From Promethearchaeota archaeon (GTDB lineage Archaea; Asgardarchaeota; Lokiarchaeia; Sigyniarchaeales; SOKP01), in NCBI GenBank assembly GCA_016839555.1, contig JAEOUA010000004.1, positions 1 to 64,000 on the forward strand: a stretch of DNA of 64,000 nt, read 5' to 3'. Made by a program: the position numbers and the translations under genes. Below the pieces are notes generated by a model. The model was not told the origin of the DNA and did not search any database. It was given only the letters and a program-made list of their open reading frames with translations. Shown in pieces: positions 59,301 to 64,000 of this stretch; the stretch's first letter is position 1; each line of letters opens with the position of its first letter.

Positions 59301-60410
59301 TTAAGCATGTGCTTTATTATATTCTTTTTGCACAAAATGATATAATTCTTTGGCTTTTTTATTCGTTTCAAAATGTTTTCTTACAGGCTCAAGAAAGTTA
59401 TTAATGTATTTTGCCACAGCAGGCTTAAGATCAGGTGGATTTAGCTTACCTTCTTTATAGTCTTTTTCTAAATCTTTATAGGAGGTGTATTCAACATCTC
59501 CACCATATTTTTCGGGTCTCTCAATATAGAAACTTTCAGCTAATTCAAAAATGATATATTTACAATATTCTAAAATAGGATTATCTGAAATTTGTTCTGG
59601 TGGACAATATGCTTTATTAATCTTTCTTTTAACATCTTTTGGAGAATCAAGCATAAAAATTGCTGAATCGGGATTTGATTTGGACATCTTTAATTCAATC
59701 TCTCTATCAACTCCCTTACCAGTGATTTCCGCTGGAGGCAATAATCCCATCAGCATATGATGATGAATAGCTATTGGTTTTGGTCGATTAAAGAGGTCTG
59801 AAACCTCTCGAGCGAGCATATTAACTTTTCTCTGGTCTAATCCTAGTTGACAAATATCAACATCCATATAAAAAATATCTGCTGCTTGCATTAGTGGATA
59901 GAGAATTTGAGATGCGGAAAGGGTATCGCTCTCACTTCTTCCCATTATTTGGGTACACCGAATGATTCTATTGAGAGTGTTATTAATCCCAATTTTAAGA
60001 ACCATTTCCCAATATTTAGAATCTTTCACTATATTAGACGCGTATTTAAACTCTACCTTTTCCAAATCCATACCGCAAACTTCCCAGACTTCCTTAAAAA
60101 AGTCTCCTACCTTTCTAATAACCTCTAAATCGCCACTAAATTTTTGATTTGCAGCCGCATGCCAGTCTGCTATAAGAAAAATGAATTTAATACCACATTT
60201 TGTAATTTTATTGACATTAATCGCCCTTAATAATCCTTGAGCAATATGAATATTGCCAGAAGGTTCAAATCCATCGTACGCAGATATTTCTTTTCCATGT
60301 TCCATCTTCCATTGGATCATTTCCCGCAATTCATCTAATTCAATGATCTCTTCGCCTACTTCTTGAAGTAATTCTATTTTCTCATCTAAACTAAGACTCA
60401 TAATATTCAT
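59301..60410 (-). CDS. tyrS: Tyrosyl-tRNA synthetase (archaeal/eukaryotic type)
   Basis: YDGFEPSG.IHIAQ, ADWHA, YPLMQAAD, GLDQRK, KMSKS. Confidence 0.97.
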   Translation of the reverse strand: MNIMSLSLDEKIELLQEVGEEIIELDELREMIQWKMEHGKEISAYDGFEPSGNIHIAQGLLRAINVNKITKCGIKFIFLIADWHAAANQKFSGDLEVIRKVGDFFKEVWEVCGMDLEKVEFKYASNIVKDSKYWEMVLKIGINNTLNRIIRCTQIMGRSESDTLSASQILYPLMQAADIFYMDVDICQLGLDQRKVNMLAREVSDLFNRPKPIAIHHHMLMGLLPPAEITGKGVDREIELKMSKSNPDSAIFMLDSPKDVKRKINKAYCPPEQISDNPILEYCKYIIFELAESFYIERPEKYGGDVEYTSYKDLEKDYKEGKLNPPDLKPAVAKYINNFLEPVRKHFETNKKAKELYHFVQKEYNKAHA

Positions 60411-60539
60411 TCTCCGTTCATATTATTTAATGCAAATATTAAAAATGATAAAATTTTTGCGCCTCAGAATCGAAATAATATCAAAATAAATTTTTAATAA
60501 GTAAAAATAGTTTTTGATATTCAAGATAAAAATAAAAAA

Positions 60540-63230
60540 TTATTTCCTGTTTTGAATAGCTGCTTGTGCTGCTGCAACTCGTGCAATAGGGATTCGGTAA
60601 GGTGAACAAGAAACATAATCTAATCCGATCTTATGGAAGAAATGTATCGAATCTGGCTCGCCGCCATGTTCACCGCATACACCCAACTTAAGATTAGGGT
60701 TGGCACTTCTCCCTTTTTTTATAGCTATTTTAACCAATTCGCCTACCCCAATTTGGTCAATCGTATCAAAGGGATTTTGCTCCAAAATTTGTTTATTTAA
60801 ATAAATTGGGAGAAATTTACTCTCCGCATCATCTCGAGAAAATCCATATGTCATTTGAGTTAAATCATTAGTCCCAAAGCTAAAAAATTCTGCTTCTTGC
60901 GCAATTTCATCAGCAGTAAGGGCTGCTCTGGGTATTTCGATCATTGTTCCAAATTTATATTCTAAATTAACCCCACATTTTTCAATTACTTCTTGAGCGA
61001 CTTGTACTAATTGATTTTTTACTAATTTTAGTTCTGAGACCATACCGACTAGTGGTATCATAATTTCAGGAATTATGTCTATTCCTTCTTTTTTAAGTTC
61101 GCATGCCGCTTGGAATATTGCTCGTACTTGCATTTCATTAATTTCAGGCCAAGTAACACCCAATCGACACCCTCTTAATCCCATCATTGGATTTTCCTCG
61201 GATAATGATCTGATTAGAGTAATATAATCTTTCTTTTCATTTAATTGCTCATCTAAAGGACTTGCATGTAATAAGGACTTCGATAATTCATTCGTCATCA
61301 TCAATTGTTGTCTTTCTAATAAGACCTCTGAAAGATCTGGTAAAAATTCATGAAGTGGAGGATCAAGTAATCTAATTGTCACAGCCTTTCCTTTCATGAT
61401 TTTAAAAATTTCATAGAAGTCATTCTGCTGCCAAGGTAATATCTCTTCTAAGGCTTCCATTCGTTCCTTTTTTGTTCGTGCCATAATCATCTTACGTACT
61501 ACAGGTAAACGCTCTTGTGCCATAAACATATGTTCTGTACGGCATAAGCCAATTCCCTCCGCTCCAAAATCTAATGCTTTTTGAGCATCGACAGGAGTAT
61601 CTGCGTTGGCTCTTACTCCAATTTCTCTTATATCATCAGCCATTTCTAATAGTTCGAGAAATTCTCCCTTAATTTCGGGTTCTATTAAGGGAACTTTACC
61701 TTCAATAACTCTACCTGTTGTTCCATCAATTGTGACATAGTCCCCTTCTTTAACTACTGTTTCTGCAACTGTGAACAGTCTATTTTCTAAATCTATTTCT
61801 ATATCTTGAGCACCAACAACAGCTGGCTTACCCATCCCTCTTGCTACTACCGCAGCATGAGAAGTTTTGCCTCCAAAACGAGTTAATACCCCAGAGGAAG
61901 CATATAATCCATGAATATCTTCTGGTTTAGTTTGAGGTCTAACTAAAATTATATCACTATCACTTTCATTTGCCATTTTTTCTGCCTTATCAGCATCAAA
62001 AATTGCGATTCCTGATACAGCCCCTGGAGACGCATTTATCCCATGTGCTAATACATGGACGATTCCAGATTCATCAATACTTTTAAATAACAATTTAGAA
62101 ATTTTGTTAGCATTCAGACTCATTATGGCATTCTCCTTAGAAATCAATCCTTCTTTTACCATATCTACAGAGATCTTAACAGCTGCAGAAGGAGTCCGTT
62201 TGCCGTCTCTGGTTTGTAAAATAAAGAGTTCTCCATCTTCTATAGTAAATTCAATGTCCTGCATGTCCTTGTAATGTTGCTCCAGTTTTTCTAAAGTATT
62301 TATTAGTTCAGTATAGATTTCTGGGAAATCATCTTTCATCTCTTCAATTTTTCTTGGTGTCCTTATTCCCGCTACCACATCCTCACCCTGTGCATTCTTT
62401 AGATACTCTCCAAAACGGATTTTTTCTCCCGTTGATGGATCTCTTGAAAATGCAACACCCGTGGCAGAATCCCACCCTTTATTTCCAAACACCATGGTTT
62501 GAATGTTTACAGCAGTTCCAAAATTGGGAATGTCATTAATTTTTCGATAAGTAATTGCTCTTTTATTATTCCATGATTTAAATACTGCTTCAATGGCGAG
62601 AAATAATTGTTCAAAAGGATCTTGAGGGAATGGTGAGCCCATCTCCTTTTCATATAATTTTTTATAGTCCGCGATAATATCTTGTAGATCTTTTAATTCT
62701 AAATCAGTATCTTTTGCATTTCTCCCCTTTTCTCTTTTATATATCTCTAAGATTCTCTCGAATTTTTCATCGCTAATTCCCATTACAACATCACCGAACA
62801 TCTGAATAAATCTTCTATAGGAATCATAAGCAAAACGCGGATTATTAGTCTGTTCTGATAATCCTAAAACACTTTGGTCATTTAATCCCAAATTGAGAAC
62901 CGTATCCATCATTCCCGGCATACTCATTGGAGCTCCACTTCGAACACTCACTAATAATGGATTATTTGTATCTCCAAATTTTTTTCCAGTTTTTTGCTCC
63001 AGATTTTTAAGATGTTCTAATACTTTTGGTTTTAATTCATTCATAATAGCTTCCGGATTCTTAAAATATTTTAAGCAAGCTTCGGTAGTTATCGTAAAAC
63101 CGGGAGGGATATTGAGCCCTAAATTAGTCATTTCCCCCAAATTTGCTCCCTTTCCGCCAAGCAGGCTTTTTAACTCTTTCTTTCCCTCTTTAAAATCGTA
63201 AATATATTTTTTATTTTCTATATCTGACAT
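60540..63230 (-). CDS. ppdK: Pyruvate, phosphate dikinase
   Basis: LLGGKGANL, SVRSGA..SMPGMMDT, QGEDVV, GGKTSHAAVVARG (phospho-His), GLCRTEHMF, GTNDLTQ, CGEHGG. Confidence 0.98.
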   Translation of the reverse strand: MSDIENKKYIYDFKEGKKELKSLLGGKGANLGEMTNLGLNIPPGFTITTEACLKYFKNPEAIMNELKPKVLEHLKNLEQKTGKKFGDTNNPLLVSVRSGAPMSMPGMMDTVLNLGLNDQSVLGLSEQTNNPRFAYDSYRRFIQMFGDVVMGISDEKFERILEIYKREKGRNAKDTDLELKDLQDIIADYKKLYEKEMGSPFPQDPFEQLFLAIEAVFKSWNNKRAITYRKINDIPNFGTAVNIQTMVFGNKGWDSATGVAFSRDPSTGEKIRFGEYLKNAQGEDVVAGIRTPRKIEEMKDDFPEIYTELINTLEKLEQHYKDMQDIEFTIEDGELFILQTRDGKRTPSAAVKISVDMVKEGLISKENAIMSLNANKISKLLFKSIDESGIVHVLAHGINASPGAVSGIAIFDADKAEKMANESDSDIILVRPQTKPEDIHGLYASSGVLTRFGGKTSHAAVVARGMGKPAVVGAQDIEIDLENRLFTVAETVVKEGDYVTIDGTTGRVIEGKVPLIEPEIKGEFLELLEMADDIREIGVRANADTPVDAQKALDFGAEGIGLCRTEHMFMAQERLPVVRKMIMARTKKERMEALEEILPWQQNDFYEIFKIMKGKAVTIRLLDPPLHEFLPDLSEVLLERQQLMMTNELSKSLLHASPLDEQLNEKKDYITLIRSLSEENPMMGLRGCRLGVTWPEINEMQVRAIFQAACELKKEGIDIIPEIMIPLVGMVSELKLVKNQLVQVAQEVIEKCGVNLEYKFGTMIEIPRAALTADEIAQEAEFFSFGTNDLTQMTYGFSRDDAESKFLPIYLNKQILEQNPFDTIDQIGVGELVKIAIKKGRSANPNLKLGVCGEHGGEPDSIHFFHKIGLDYVSCSPYRIPIARVAAAQAAIQNRK

Positions 63231-63430
63231 TTAGTTAAACCTCTTCGTAATATGGGGTAAATTAAATTGATGAGTCTATAATATATATAATATAGATCGT
63301 CAAATTTTGATTTAATATTTAGTATTTATAAATTCTAGGTTTTAAAAAAAATTATCCTATATTGAGATATATATAATAAAGCTAAAAAGTTTCTTAAAGG
63401 AGATTTTTATAGATTATTGATATATATCTT

Positions 63431-64000
63431 TTATTTTAAAATATCTATTAGTTCCCAAATTCCATTTATAATAAAATCTGGCTTGTTCTTGCTTTGCTCA
63501 ATCATATCTAATGTCGTCTCACCAGAAAGTACGCAACATGTTGTAATCCCAGAATTTAATCCCATCTTAATATCAGTATATAATCTATCTCCAAATATTA
63601 CCGCATTTTCTGGAGATATCCCTATTTGTTGTAGCTTAAATAATAGCATTTCTTTATTTGGTTTTCCGAATACCCTAGGCATGCGACCCGTTGCTTTTTC
63701 TAAAAGAGCTGCGATACCTCCCGCATCAGGTATATAGCCTTTCTCCGTAGGACATCGATTATCTAAATGAGTAGCAATATAAGGGATACCTTTTTGAAGA
63801 AGGTAAGAGGCTTTAACAAGGCGTTCATAGGTTAATTCTTGATCAAAGGCTAAAACTAAGATTTCTGGACTTTCTTCTGTAAGATTAAATCCTTCTTCTA
63901 TAAATTCTTTCTTCAATGATGATGTTCCCATTAAAAAAATAGTATGATATCCCTTATTTTTTAGATAAAAAATTGTAGGATGTTGAGATAAAATGATATT
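63431..64000 (-). CDS. HAD-IIA (NagD-like) hydrolase, 5' end outside the window
   Basis: Frame open to the window edge; IPDAG, GKP, GDRLYTDI, VLSGET motifs. Confidence 0.9.
   Translation of the reverse strand, partial: NIILSQHPTIFYLKNKGYHTIFLMGTSSLKKEFIEEGFNLTEESPEILVLAFDQELTYERLVKASYLLQKGIPYIATHLDNRCPTEKGYIPDAGGIAALLEKATGRMPRVFGKPNKEMLLFKLQQIGISPENAVIFGDRLYTDIKMGLNSGITTCCVLSGETTLDMIEQSKNKPDFIINGIWELIDILK

Noticed and set aside
264-63737. Many short track ORFs antisense or out of frame within long genes (e.g. 264-485, 1676-2014, 9108-9347, 31470-31805, 33916-34374, 45131-45433, 53119-53445, 62893-63201, 63417-63737)
   Set aside because: They overlap well-supported genes, show no family motifs and are the expected shadow ORFs.
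1-64000. tRNA (including tRNA-Sec) or rRNA genes
   Set aside because: No GC-rich cloverleaf or rRNA-like segment was seen in any intergenic gap by eye; tRNAscan-SE or Secmarker would be needed to exclude them formally.

Overview
AT-rich archaeal chromosomal window with about 50 protein-coding genes and no rRNA, tRNA or CRISPR array that I can see. Archaeal RadA and TyrRS, GGTGA Shine-Dalgarno sites and T-rich terminators occur together with many eukaryotic-signature proteins: roadblock/LC7, Rpn11/CSN5-like JAMM-TPR, a longin-Rab fusion, a giant Ig-repeat/TM/longin surface protein, a 23-aa LRR protein and a Vps29-like phosphoesterase. This points to an Asgard archaeon, most likely Lokiarchaeia (inference). 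The main finding is hidden from the ORF track. The 80-aa ORF at 30229-30471 (-) is the 3' part of a roughly 120-aa HesB/IscA-fold protein interrupted by one in-frame TGA (30477-30475). A eukaryote-type SECIS hairpin (AUGA...AAA...GA) starts 4 nt after its stop codon, so this is a candidate Asgard selenoprotein, convergent with an aconitase gene. Other notable items are a HEPN-MNT toxin-antitoxin cassette between direct repeats of the 3' end of an ADP-forming acyl-CoA synthetase gene, an unexplained catabolic island (GPH transporter, cupin, divergent GH29, BKACE, two SDRs, M24 peptidase, Gfo/Idh/MocA), a head-to-head folP/cofE-like pair, a RadA with a Zn-finger/acidic N-terminal extension, and a full-length DUF47 frame with no canonical start codon. 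All assignments come from motifs read by eye; no database searches were run.
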